Shown piece after piece: positions 29,544-38,538 of a stretch of DNA of 64,000 nucleotides. The DNA comes from Myxococcales bacterium (GTDB lineage: Bacteria > Desulfobacterota > Binatia > HRBIN30): positions 128,001 through 192,000 of the forward strand of contig JBBILD010000002.1 of NCBI GenBank assembly GCA_037445065.1, given 5' to 3'. Position numbers and translations under genes: made by a program. The first letter of the stretch is position 1. Each line of letters opens with the position of its first letter. Under the pieces are notes generated by a model. The model was not told the DNA's origin. It made no database searches and worked only from the letters and a program-made list of their open reading frames with translations.

Positions 29544-30350
29544 GTGCCGATCCACCCCACTGCGATTGTGGACCCGATTGCGGAGATCCACGACAGCGTT
29601 CGAGTGGGGCCCTACGTGGTGATCCAGGGGCCGGTGCGCATCGACGCGGGGACGGTGCTGGGGCCGCACGTGGTGCTGTTGGGTCCGATTTCGATTGGTC
29701 GCAACAACGTTTTGCACACTGGGGTCGTCGTGGGCGACGAGCCGCAGGACCTCGGCTATCGGGGCGGGGCTAGCGGCGTCGAGATCGGCGACGGCAACGT
29801 GCTGCGAGAATACGTGCAAGTACATCGCGGGACACAGCCAGGGAGTATGACGCGGATCGGAAGCGACAACTTTCTGATGACCCACGCGCACGTGGCGCAT
29901 AACTGTACGATCGGGGATCGAGCCATTCTGGCGAGCGGTGCCTTGCTTGCCGGGCACGTCCAAGTGGGGGACGGTGCGTTTATCTCCGGCAACTGTGTGG
30001 TTCACCAGTATGTTCGGATCGGGCGGCTCGCCTTGCTCCGCGGCTTGAGTCGTACGAGTCGCGATGTTCCGCCGTTCTGTATCATGGACGGCACCCATAC
30101 GGTGCGTGCGATCAATCGCGTTGGGCTGCTGCGCGCGGGCATTCCCAAAGAGCGGATTGTTGCTTTGCGACGCGCCTTTGCACGTTTGTTTCGGACTACA
30201 GGGAATCTCCGCGCGCGGCTCGACCAACTAGACGGCTTAGAGATCACGGAAGAGGTGAAGGAACTGCTCGACTTTATCCGCACCTCGAAACGGGGAGTGT
30301 GTTTTGGGCCGCGGCGCAACACCGATCAGGAACTCGGCGCAGAGGAATAA
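29544..30350 (+). CDS. lpxA: UDP-N-acetylglucosamine acyltransferase
   Basis: IHPTAIVDP hexapeptide repeats, GDEPQDL, REYVQVHRGT, HVAHNC, VHQY, DVPPF. Confidence 0.92.
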   Translation: MPIHPTAIVDPIAEIHDSVRVGPYVVIQGPVRIDAGTVLGPHVVLLGPISIGRNNVLHTGVVVGDEPQDLGYRGGASGVEIGDGNVLREYVQVHRGTQPGSMTRIGSDNFLMTHAHVAHNCTIGDRAILASGALLAGHVQVGDGAFISGNCVVHQYVRIGRLALLRGLSRTSRDVPPFCIMDGTHTVRAINRVGLLRAGIPKERIVALRRAFARLFRTTGNLRARLDQLDGLEITEEVKELLDFIRTSKRGVCFGPRRNTDQELGAEE

Positions 30351-30985
30351 GGGCCGACCGACAAGCGGCGCGCTCCGAGATACCGGGCCGCGTAGTAGGG
30401 ATGGTCGAGTGAATCAACCCGTACACCTCCGCTTCGCCGGGCGGCGTGCAAAAACTTCCCGTCGCCCGCGTAAATCCCTACGTGGCTAGCGTCGCGACGG
30501 TAGGTGCGGAAAAACACCAAGTCGCCTGGCTGGAGTTGATCACGACGTACCGGTGTGCCGGTCCGAAACTGCTCGCGTGCGGAACGGGGCAAGGAGAGGC
30601 CGGCCGCAGCCGCCGCTGTGTGTACGAGACCGGAGCAGTCGAACGCTGATCCCATGGCCCCAAATCTATACGGTCGCCCCACATACTGGCTTGCCACAGA
30701 GAGCAGAGGATGGCTGTCTAGGTCTCCTACCTGACGCGGCGCGGATGACTGCGGGCCTGCGAGCGTACTCGTTTTACGCGAGTTTTTTCTCGTCGGAGCG
30801 TTGTGTAGGCCTCGGGTTCTGCCCGTTTTTGCGACCGTGCGAATCGGTGTTCGAGCATGCACGGCAAGAGTTTTTCTCGGTGCTGTACGGCGGGCTTTCG
30901 TTTCGGCGAGTGCCGGCAGGATACAGGTTCCGAAAGCGACGAGCACTAGCAGTCCGTAGGCGATAGGCCTGCTCCGTGAGTACAT
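30326..30985 (-). CDS. NlpC/P60 (C40) peptidoglycan endopeptidase
   Basis: Signal peptide, basic linker, GRPYRFG..FDCSGLV, PGDLVFF, SHVGIY, FLHA. Confidence 0.9.
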   Translation of the reverse strand: MYSRSRPIAYGLLVLVAFGTCILPALAETKARRTAPRKTLAVHARTPIRTVAKTGRTRGLHNAPTRKNSRKTSTLAGPQSSAPRQVGDLDSHPLLSVASQYVGRPYRFGAMGSAFDCSGLVHTAAAAAGLSLPRSAREQFRTGTPVRRDQLQPGDLVFFRTYRRDASHVGIYAGDGKFLHAARRSGGVRVDSLDHPYYAARYLGARRLSVGPYSSAPSS

Positions 30986-31165
30986 GCCCTTGCCGCCTGC
31001 GCAATCGCTCCGTAGCCACATCACCACACCTCTCTCCAGCGGGTCCTTCATCCTGCTGCGCAGAATGAAAGCGGCTGGCTAGCCTCTTGCTTGCTAAGCG
31101 TCAACCGCGGCGGTTAGGTGTACGCGCGTTGCGGCCGGCAAGGGTTTCGTTTAAGCGCACTCCTG

Positions 31166-31606
31166 ATGAGCAAGAAGTTCCGGTTCTTGCTGGCGGCGTT
31201 CCTCCTCGTCGGTGCGGTGGTTTACTTGATGTACACCGGTGTCAGCCGCACTGCTGTGTATTACCTCACGGTGCAGGAGTTCGAGGCGCGTAGGCCGGCG
31301 CTCGAAGGGGAAGGTGTTCGCGTGGCCGGGCGCGTGGCTGCGGGTTCGGTACAGCGGCGAATGACGCCGAAAGGTGAAGAGCTTCACTTCGAGATTGGCG
31401 ACTTTTCGACCGACGGCTCCTCTGGCCCGCGTGTGAAGGTGCATTACCTCGGTGTCGTGCCGGATATGTTTCGCGACGAGGGTGGTAGCGACGTGATTGT
31501 CGAAGGCCGTTATGAGGGCGGGATTGTCAAGGCGCAGTCGGTGATGACTTCCTGCCCCTCCAAGTACGAGCCGATGGACGAAGGAGCGCAAATGCCCGCC
31601 AACTGA
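31166..31606 (+). CDS. ccmE: Heme chaperone CcmE, CxxxY variant
   Basis: N-terminal TM, VYYLTV, VRVAGRV, PDMFRD, MTSCPSKY. Confidence 0.92.
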   Translation: MSKKFRFLLAAFLLVGAVVYLMYTGVSRTAVYYLTVQEFEARRPALEGEGVRVAGRVAAGSVQRRMTPKGEELHFEIGDFSTDGSSGPRVKVHYLGVVPDMFRDEGGSDVIVEGRYEGGIVKAQSVMTSCPSKYEPMDEGAQMPAN

Positions 31607-31696
31607 GGCGGGGTACGGATTGGCAAGGAGCCTTGCTCCAAAGCCGCGGGCGCTCGAGAGCGGGGAGCCCCCGGGCGAGAGGCGAGGAAGTTCGGA

Positions 31697-33697
31697 ATGC
31701 AAAACATAGACGTTGGCGCGGTTGCACTCAGTGTGGCGTGGTTGCTCGCGCTGTATGGCCTGGTGGTATCGCTCTGGGGCGGGTGGGGCAGGCGGGAGGA
31801 GTTGGTACGCAGCGGCGAACACGCTCTGCTAGCCATGTGGGCCCTGGTAACGATTGCCACCGCAGACTTAGTGCACGGGCTCGTTAGCCGTGACTTCAAC
31901 TTGGAGTACGTCGCTCAGTACTCCAGCAGTACCCTACCGCTGCATTACACAGTCGCCGCATTGTGGGGCGGGCAAGCGGGTTCGCTCCTGTTCTGGTTGC
32001 TGATCCTCTGCTCGATGTCGGCGGTTCTCGTTTTGCAAAATCGAACGGCGAACCGAGTCCTCATGCCATTCGTGTCGGCAACGCTACTCGGGGTGGCTTT
32101 GTTCTTTTTGTCGCTGCTGAATTTCGTCACGCCTCCTTTCGATCGTCTGCCATTTACCCCGGGAGAAGGGCGCGATTTGAACCCCTTGCTGCAGAATTAC
32201 TGGATGACCATTCATCCCCCGTCGCTCTACCTCGGCTATGTCGGTTGTTCCGTTCCGTTCGCGTTCGCGCTTGCTGCGTTGATTACTGGACGCCTTGATG
32301 ATCATTGGATTCGCAGTACGCGGCGCTGGACACTGTTTGCCTGGTTTTTCCTGAGCCTCGGAAATTTGTTTGGTGCGCTCTGGGCGTATCGGGTTTTGGG
32401 ATGGGGCGGTTACTGGGCATGGGATCCGGTGGAGAACGCGGCCCTTATGCCTTGGCTCACCTGCACCGCGTTTCTGCACTCGGTCATGATCCAAGAAAAG
32501 AAAAACATGCTGAAGGTCTGGAACATGGCGTTGGTGATCCTGACCTTCCTGCTCACCATCTTCGGCACCTTCTTGACGCGCAGCGGCGTCATTTCCTCGG
32601 TGCATTCGTTCACGCAGTCTGGCCTCGGCCCGTTTTTCATTGCTTTTTTGTTGCTGGCGGCGGCTTTGTCCGTTGGCTTACTTTTGTACCGGTTGCCGCT
32701 GCTCCGCAGCGAGAACGAGTTGGATTCCATTTTGTCGCGCGAGGCCGCTTTCTTGGTGAACAACCTGGTTTTTGTGGCGATCGCTTTCGCGGTCTTTTGG
32801 GGAACGATTTTTCCGGTGATCTCGGAGGCCGTGCGCGGTGTAAAGATCACTGTGGGGCCGCCGTTCTTCAATCGGGTCAACGCTCCACTGGGACTGTTGT
32901 TGCTGTTTCTGATGGGGGTGGGTCCGCTGATTGCTTGGCGAAGAGCCTCGTGGAGCAGCCTGCGCCGGAGTTTCCAGTGGCCGGCAGTCGTAGGGGCTGG
33001 TTGTGTGGCGGCCTTGCTCGCGATGGGCGTGTGGCACGCTTGGGCGTTGGTTTCCTTTAGTCTTTGCGCGTTTGTGACTGCCACAATTGTGCAGGAATTT
33101 TGGCGTGGGGCGCGCGCTCGTCAGTCGATTGTGGGGGAATCGTTCGGACAAGCGCTGGCGCGTTTGGTGGGAAAAAACCGTCGCCGGTACGGCGGGTATA
33201 TCGTGCATTTGGGTGTCGTCTTGGTCTTTCTAGCGATCACCGGCACCTCGGCGTTTCGGATCGAGCAGCAGGTTGTGGTGAAACGGGGAGAAGCCTTCCG
33301 CATTGGCGACTACCAATTGCGTTTCGACGGGGTGCGAGCCTGGCAGACCGACCACTCCGCGCACCTCGCTGCGGACATCGCCGTGCTGCGAGACGGCCGG
33401 ATGGTGGATGTGCTGCACCCGGAAAAGCGGCTCTACAAAAAGCCGGAGCAGCCGGCCACGGAAGTTGCGATCCGTTCGCGCTGGGGCACGGACCTCTACG
33501 TCGTGCTGGGTAGTTTCGACGAAAAAAGCGGCAGTGCGACGATCCTCGCTTACATCAATCCACTGATCGGCATGTTAGCGTGGGGAGGTCTGGTCTTGGC
33601 TGCTGGCACGTTGATCACGATATGGCCGCAGAGAAGGGCACGGGCGGTGGAAAGCTGGGCTGCAGAGCACCGGGGTCAGAGATCGGCAGAGGGCTGA
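31697..33697 (+). CDS. ccmF: Cytochrome c heme lyase CcmF
   Basis: WGGQAGSLL, NPLLQ, IHPP, WGGYWAWDPVENA, SVHSF, YGGYIVHLG. Confidence 0.96.
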   Translation: MQNIDVGAVALSVAWLLALYGLVVSLWGGWGRREELVRSGEHALLAMWALVTIATADLVHGLVSRDFNLEYVAQYSSSTLPLHYTVAALWGGQAGSLLFWLLILCSMSAVLVLQNRTANRVLMPFVSATLLGVALFFLSLLNFVTPPFDRLPFTPGEGRDLNPLLQNYWMTIHPPSLYLGYVGCSVPFAFALAALITGRLDDHWIRSTRRWTLFAWFFLSLGNLFGALWAYRVLGWGGYWAWDPVENAALMPWLTCTAFLHSVMIQEKKNMLKVWNMALVILTFLLTIFGTFLTRSGVISSVHSFTQSGLGPFFIAFLLLAAALSVGLLLYRLPLLRSENELDSILSREAAFLVNNLVFVAIAFAVFWGTIFPVISEAVRGVKITVGPPFFNRVNAPLGLLLLFLMGVGPLIAWRRASWSSLRRSFQWPAVVGAGCVAALLAMGVWHAWALVSFSLCAFVTATIVQEFWRGARARQSIVGESFGQALARLVGKNRRRYGGYIVHLGVVLVFLAITGTSAFRIEQQVVVKRGEAFRIGDYQLRFDGVRAWQTDHSAHLAADIAVLRDGRMVDVLHPEKRLYKKPEQPATEVAIRSRWGTDLYVVLGSFDEKSGSATILAYINPLIGMLAWGGLVLAAGTLITIWPQRRARAVESWAAEHRGQRSAEG

Positions 33698-33701
33698 CAG
33701 G

Positions 33702-34190
33702 ATGCGTTGGCTGAGCGCCGCTTTGTGCGGGGTTGCCCTCCTGGTGGCGGCGCCTTCGAGTTACGGGAGTGCGCGGCCGCCCAGTATCCAGGACCTCGAA
33801 GAATCGCTGACCTGCCAGTGCGGTTGTGGGCTCACCGTACACAGTTGTAATCACGTTGACTGCAGCTCGGCGATTCCGTTGCGCAAAGAAATCCGCGAAC
33901 AACTGGAAGCCGGGAAAAGTCGGGAGCAGATTTTGCGGCATTTTGTTGAGAAGTACGGGGAAAAAATTCTTTCCGCGCCGACGTTCCAAGGCTTCAATGT
34001 GCTCGCATGGACGACGCCATTCTTGATGCTGGCGCTGGGTGGCTTGGGGCTGGTCGTGATCTTGAGGCGTTGGGGCAGACAAGAGCGTAACAGAAGCTCA
34101 GCCGGGCCTCTGGAAAGTACCCGTTCCACCCTTGTCGAACGTTACCAGCGCAAGCTGGAAGACGAACTCAAACGTTTCGAGGAAGTATAA
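33702..34190 (+). CDS. ccmH: CcmH/CycL-like protein
   Basis: LTCQCGC, then A..LRKEI...L..GKS.EQI...FVEKYGE.IL.AP and LAW..P TM segment. Confidence 0.82.
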   Translation: MRWLSAALCGVALLVAAPSSYGSARPPSIQDLEESLTCQCGCGLTVHSCNHVDCSSAIPLRKEIREQLEAGKSREQILRHFVEKYGEKILSAPTFQGFNVLAWTTPFLMLALGGLGLVVILRRWGRQERNRSSAGPLESTRSTLVERYQRKLEDELKRFEEV

Positions 34191-34589
34191 GTGGCCACGG
34201 AATTTGTGTTCGGCTTGATTCTAGCGCTTGCCGCGGGGGGATACGCGGTTTTGCCTCTTTGGCGGTTGCAGTCACGACCGGAGCAGCCTGGGGATGGGGT
34301 GGAAAAGGAGTGGGAAGCGCGCAAACGCGAAGCTTTGGCTGCGATCAAGGAGGCCGAGTTCGACTTCGCGATGGGCAAAATGACCGCCGAGGACTTTGCG
34401 CAGATCAAGGGCAAGTACCTGGCCCTGGCCGCCCGAGCGGAGGCAGCGCTCGAGCAGAGTCGAGTCCGGTCAAGTCCCGTTGGCGACCGGGCCCAAGTAT
34501 TGCGGCCGCGTTTTTGCCCCCTGTGCGGTGAGGCGCAACCGGTAAGCGGCCGTTTTTGCGCCCATTGCGGTGGGTCGCTTGCTGCCTGA
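34191..34589 (+). CDS. CcmI-N-like membrane protein with C-terminal double zinc ribbon
   Basis: TM helix, IKEAEFDFAMGKMTAEDF..IK.KY, FCPLCG...FCAHCG. Confidence 0.7.
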   Translation: MATEFVFGLILALAAGGYAVLPLWRLQSRPEQPGDGVEKEWEARKREALAAIKEAEFDFAMGKMTAEDFAQIKGKYLALAARAEAALEQSRVRSSPVGDRAQVLRPRFCPLCGEAQPVSGRFCAHCGGSLAA

Positions 34590-34734
34590 TCGGGCGGAGG
34601 CTCGCTTCGGGGCTCGCTTGGCTGCTGCGTCCAGGCAGGGTTGCTTGGCAAAAGCCGTGCGCCTGGTTTCAAACCCTGCCTTTTTTAGCGAACGCTTGCA
34701 ACGAAACAGGCATTGCAGCATTGTCATAAGGACC

Positions 34735-35715
34735 ATGCGACGTGAACGAGGACCCGTATCGCAATTCTTGGAGAGGCATTTTTTGCACTTCAACGCCGCG
34801 ACACTGGTCGACGCCGCGCGGGCGTATGAGGATCTGGTGGAACGGGGCGGTAAAATGCTGGTGGCTCTCGCTGGAGCGATGAGCACGGCCGAACTAGGGC
34901 GCAGCCTTGCCGAGATGATCCGCCAGAAGAAAGTGCACTTGATTTCGTGTACGGGTGCCAACCTTGAAGAAGACGTGATGAACCTGATCGCGCATTCGCA
35001 CTACAAACGGATTCCGAACTACAGAGAGTTGACGCCCGCAGACGAACTGCAGCTGTTGCGCCAGCAGTACAATCGGGTGACCGATACGTGCATCCCGGAA
35101 GAGGAGGCGTTCCGGCGGTTGCAGGCTTTGTTACTGGATGTCTGGACGCGGGCGCGGGACCGGGGGGAGCGGTTTTTCCCCCACGAGTACTTTTTCCAGC
35201 TCATTCGCGAGCGGCGGTTGGAGCCGTATTACGAAATCGATCCGCGCGATTCTTGGGTGGTGGCTGCGGCGGAGCACGATGTCCCGATGGTCGTTCCAGG
35301 GTGGGAGGACTCAACTTGTGGAAACATCTTTGCCGCCTACGTGATGAAAGAGGCTCTGCCAGTGGAAATCGTTCGCTCGGGCATCGAATACATGGTGTGG
35401 CTGGCGCTCTGGTACTCGCAGAATGCGCAGCCCCCCGGAGTTGGTTTTCTCCAAATCGGCGGTGGAATCGCTGGCGATTTCCCGATTTGCGTGGTCCCAT
35501 TGCTTCATCAGGACTTGGGGAAGCGAAACGTGCCCCTGTGGTCGTACTTTTGCCAGATCAGTGACTCGACCACGAGCTATGGTTCGTACTCAGGAGCGGT
35601 GCCCAATGAGAAAATCACCTGGGGCAAACTCGGTGTTGACACTCCTCGCTTCATGATCGAGAGCGATGCGACCATAGTGGCGCCTCTGTTATTTGCCTGG
35701 GTACTGGGCTGGTGA
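34735..35715 (+). CDS. Deoxyhypusine synthase-like protein
   Basis: HFNAA, LAGAMSTAELG, CTGANLEED, IGGGIAGDF, SYSGAVPNEKITWGK, ESDATIV. Confidence 0.9.
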   Translation: MRRERGPVSQFLERHFLHFNAATLVDAARAYEDLVERGGKMLVALAGAMSTAELGRSLAEMIRQKKVHLISCTGANLEEDVMNLIAHSHYKRIPNYRELTPADELQLLRQQYNRVTDTCIPEEEAFRRLQALLLDVWTRARDRGERFFPHEYFFQLIRERRLEPYYEIDPRDSWVVAAAEHDVPMVVPGWEDSTCGNIFAAYVMKEALPVEIVRSGIEYMVWLALWYSQNAQPPGVGFLQIGGGIAGDFPICVVPLLHQDLGKRNVPLWSYFCQISDSTTSYGSYSGAVPNEKITWGKLGVDTPRFMIESDATIVAPLLFAWVLGW

Positions 35716-35773
35716 GGTCGTGAGGAAGACCGAGAAGAGCTGCGTTGCGGGGAAGGGAAGGCAGGAGGGAGCG

Positions 35774-36937
35774 GTGAAGAGGCAGGTGCGAAGGCAAACG
35801 AGGACAGGCCGGATCGGGATGGTACTGTCGGGCGGAGGCGCACGGGGAGCGTTTCAAGTGGGGGTGTACGAACGGTTGCTCGCTGATCCACGGTTTGCCC
35901 GTGGACCGGTGGCCCTTTCTGGTACCTCCGCGGGGGCGATCAATGCTGCACTAATCGCGGCTGGGCGCTCACCCAAGGAGATGATGGAGTTCTGGAACTC
36001 GATCGCAGACAACCCTCCGGCAACAGTCAGCCGAGTGTTTTTTTCCTCGGCTCTGCGCACGTTTGTGACGCTTGCCGTTCGAGAAGGCATCCGCTCTCTG
36101 GTTCCCGGACGCCGCTGGACCTCCTTCTGGCAGCGATTGCGAAACCACATGCCCCCTAGGCCGGGAGATCTCCTCGCTTTTTGGGTGGAGTACCTGCTCG
36201 CCGTCCGCTTTGAACTTGTGAGCGACTTGCTATCGGGAATCCGCGAGCCGTTTCTTGCTGACACCCGCGAACTTCGTTCCCGACTCATTGAGTTCATTGG
36301 CTCCGAAACGGTTCCCACTGGTCGTGTGGACTTGGCCATTAACACCGTGGACGCGCACACGGGGCGGGTTGTGCGCTTTGTCACGAAGCGAACGCCTCTG
36401 ACTCGGCCCCCCGACTACCACATCGTTGATGCGATCACGGTGGACATGATCATGGCGAGTTGCTCCATTCCTCTACTGTTCCCCCCGGTTCGACTCGGGC
36501 CCCATTTGCTTTGGGACGGTGGGTTGCTCGTGAACACGCCGTTGGCCCCCGTCGTTGCGCTTGGCGCGGATGAGATTATCCCGGTGTTGGTTACCGAACC
36601 ACCAGAGGCAGAACTTCTGCCTTTAGGCCATTTTGGTCGCGCAGTGGAGCGGACGGTCGACAGCCTTCTGGAAAACGCATACAACGTGGACCGTAAGCTG
36701 CTCCTCGAGCGGAATCGTCTGGCCGCGTTGGATCCGGGCACGTATCGTACGGTGACGTTGTACGAGGCTGTACGGCCTGCGCGTGACGGCTTGTTTAACG
36801 CAGGCTCGTATTTGTACTTCGAGCGCTCGGTGCTGGCCGCTATGCATGGCGCCGGAGTGAAGGCTGCGGAGGCGTGGCTGGCCCGCGGCCCGGTCATTGA
36901 CCATCTCGAGGAGAGCACCGCCGGGGCCGCCGCGTAG
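35774..36937 (+). CDS. Patatin-like phospholipase
   Basis: LSGGGARG, GTSAG, WDGG. Confidence 0.9.
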   Translation: MKRQVRRQTRTGRIGMVLSGGGARGAFQVGVYERLLADPRFARGPVALSGTSAGAINAALIAAGRSPKEMMEFWNSIADNPPATVSRVFFSSALRTFVTLAVREGIRSLVPGRRWTSFWQRLRNHMPPRPGDLLAFWVEYLLAVRFELVSDLLSGIREPFLADTRELRSRLIEFIGSETVPTGRVDLAINTVDAHTGRVVRFVTKRTPLTRPPDYHIVDAITVDMIMASCSIPLLFPPVRLGPHLLWDGGLLVNTPLAPVVALGADEIIPVLVTEPPEAELLPLGHFGRAVERTVDSLLENAYNVDRKLLLERNRLAALDPGTYRTVTLYEAVRPARDGLFNAGSYLYFERSVLAAMHGAGVKAAEAWLARGPVIDHLEESTAGAAA

Positions 36938-36998
36938 AGCAGGCCTTCTCCCATCCGGCTCGCTTGCGGTTGCGACGTGCTTGGGCCATGCAAGCGGC

Positions 36999-38147
36999 AT
37001 GCGCCGTGAAATTTTCAGTCACGAACACGAGCTTTTTCGATCCCAGTTCCGCCGTTTCGCGGAGCGCGAGGTCGTACCGAAGATCGCGCGCTGGAACGCG
37101 CAAGGGATGAGCGACCGCGAGACGTGGCGGCGAGCCGGCGAAGAGGGCTTCCTGGGTGCCAACCAACCCGTCGAGTACGGAGGGAGCGGAGGCGACTTCC
37201 TGTACGATGCGATCATTATGGAAGAGATGGCGGACTTGCGCGCACACGCCATGATGATCTCACTCCATTGTGACATTTGCATGCCGTATTTGGTCTCGTA
37301 CGGTTCCGAAGAGCAGAAACTGAAGTACTTAGCGCCCGCGATTCGTGGCGAAATCATTCTCGGCATCGCGATGACGGAACCGGGCGCCGGCTCTGACCTG
37401 GCTGGTATTCAAACAAGAGCAGAGCGCCGGGGCGACCATTACGTGTTGAACGGAACCAAAACCTTTATCTCGAACGGGCAAATCGCTGATCTGTTCATCG
37501 TCGTTGCCAAAACGGATCCTGCGGCAGTGCCACCACACCGGGGCATTAGCCTGTTCTTGGTGGAGGCGACGAGCCCGGGATTCCGGCGTGGCCGGCGCCT
37601 GGAGAAGTTGGGCTTACGCGGCCAAGACACCAGTGAAATCGCTTTTGAAGATTGTGTCGTGCCGCGCGAGAACCTCCTCGGTGAGGAAGGGAAGGGCTTC
37701 CGCATGCTCATGGAGAAGCTGCAGCAAGAGCGGCTGTGTATCGCGGTTGCGTCCCTGGCTTCCAGTCGGCGCGCGCTCTTGGACACGATGGAGTACGTGA
37801 GACAGCGCCGCGCGTTTGGTCGAGCCATCGCGTCGTTTCAGAATACGCAGTTCAAGCTGGCTGAACTGGCCACTGAGGTGGAAATCGGGCAGGCCTTCAT
37901 TGACAAACTCCTGCTAGCACACGTTCGAGGGGAGGACTTGGTGACCGAGGTCAGCATGGCGAAGTGGTGGACCACGGATTTGCAAAAGCGCCTCACGAGC
38001 GAGTGTTTGCAGTTACACGGCGGCTACGGTTTTATGTTGGAGTACCCGATCTCCATGGATTACGCGGATGCTGCGGTGCAAACGATTTACGCTGGTTCCA
38101 ACGAAATCATGAAAGTGATCATCGCGCGCCGGCTGGGTTTGGAGTGA
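36999..38147 (+). CDS. Acyl-CoA dehydrogenase (long-chain type)
   Basis: AMTEPGAGSD, NGTKTFISNG, KLGLRGQDT, QERL, RRAFG, LHGGYG, IYAGSNEIMK. Confidence 0.94.
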   Translation: MRREIFSHEHELFRSQFRRFAEREVVPKIARWNAQGMSDRETWRRAGEEGFLGANQPVEYGGSGGDFLYDAIIMEEMADLRAHAMMISLHCDICMPYLVSYGSEEQKLKYLAPAIRGEIILGIAMTEPGAGSDLAGIQTRAERRGDHYVLNGTKTFISNGQIADLFIVVAKTDPAAVPPHRGISLFLVEATSPGFRRGRRLEKLGLRGQDTSEIAFEDCVVPRENLLGEEGKGFRMLMEKLQQERLCIAVASLASSRRALLDTMEYVRQRRAFGRAIASFQNTQFKLAELATEVEIGQAFIDKLLLAHVRGEDLVTEVSMAKWWTTDLQKRLTSECLQLHGGYGFMLEYPISMDYADAAVQTIYAGSNEIMKVIIARRLGLE

Positions 38148-38383
38148 AGGACGCCACGGGAGTGGAGAGCTGCGGTTCATCGCGGCGCCTGAACCCAGGG
38201 GGCTCCTTTGGGAAAGAAAGAATGTGGCGCCTCGCTCGTCGAACCAAGGCCCGACCCTCCGCCTGCCGGTGGGTTTCATGCCGGCTCTCAGGCCCGTTTC
38301 CGAATAAACGAGTGCCTCTCGCTTGCTTCGAACAAGTTTGCGGTGATGCTAGAGCGCGCTTTGGGGGCGCTCGTCACGAAAAG

Positions 38384-38456
<73 letters not shown>

Positions 38457-38538
38457 TTGCGTGCCGAGACAGGTACCCAAGGAAGGCAGCGTGCGCAAGG
38501 GGACCCTTTCTCTGTCAGGCTAGAATGGTCGCCAGTAC

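Noticed and set aside
38148..38383. Genomic island integrated at tRNA-Ala
   Set aside because: No integrase, no repeated tRNA 3' end seen, and ordinary metabolic genes on both sides.
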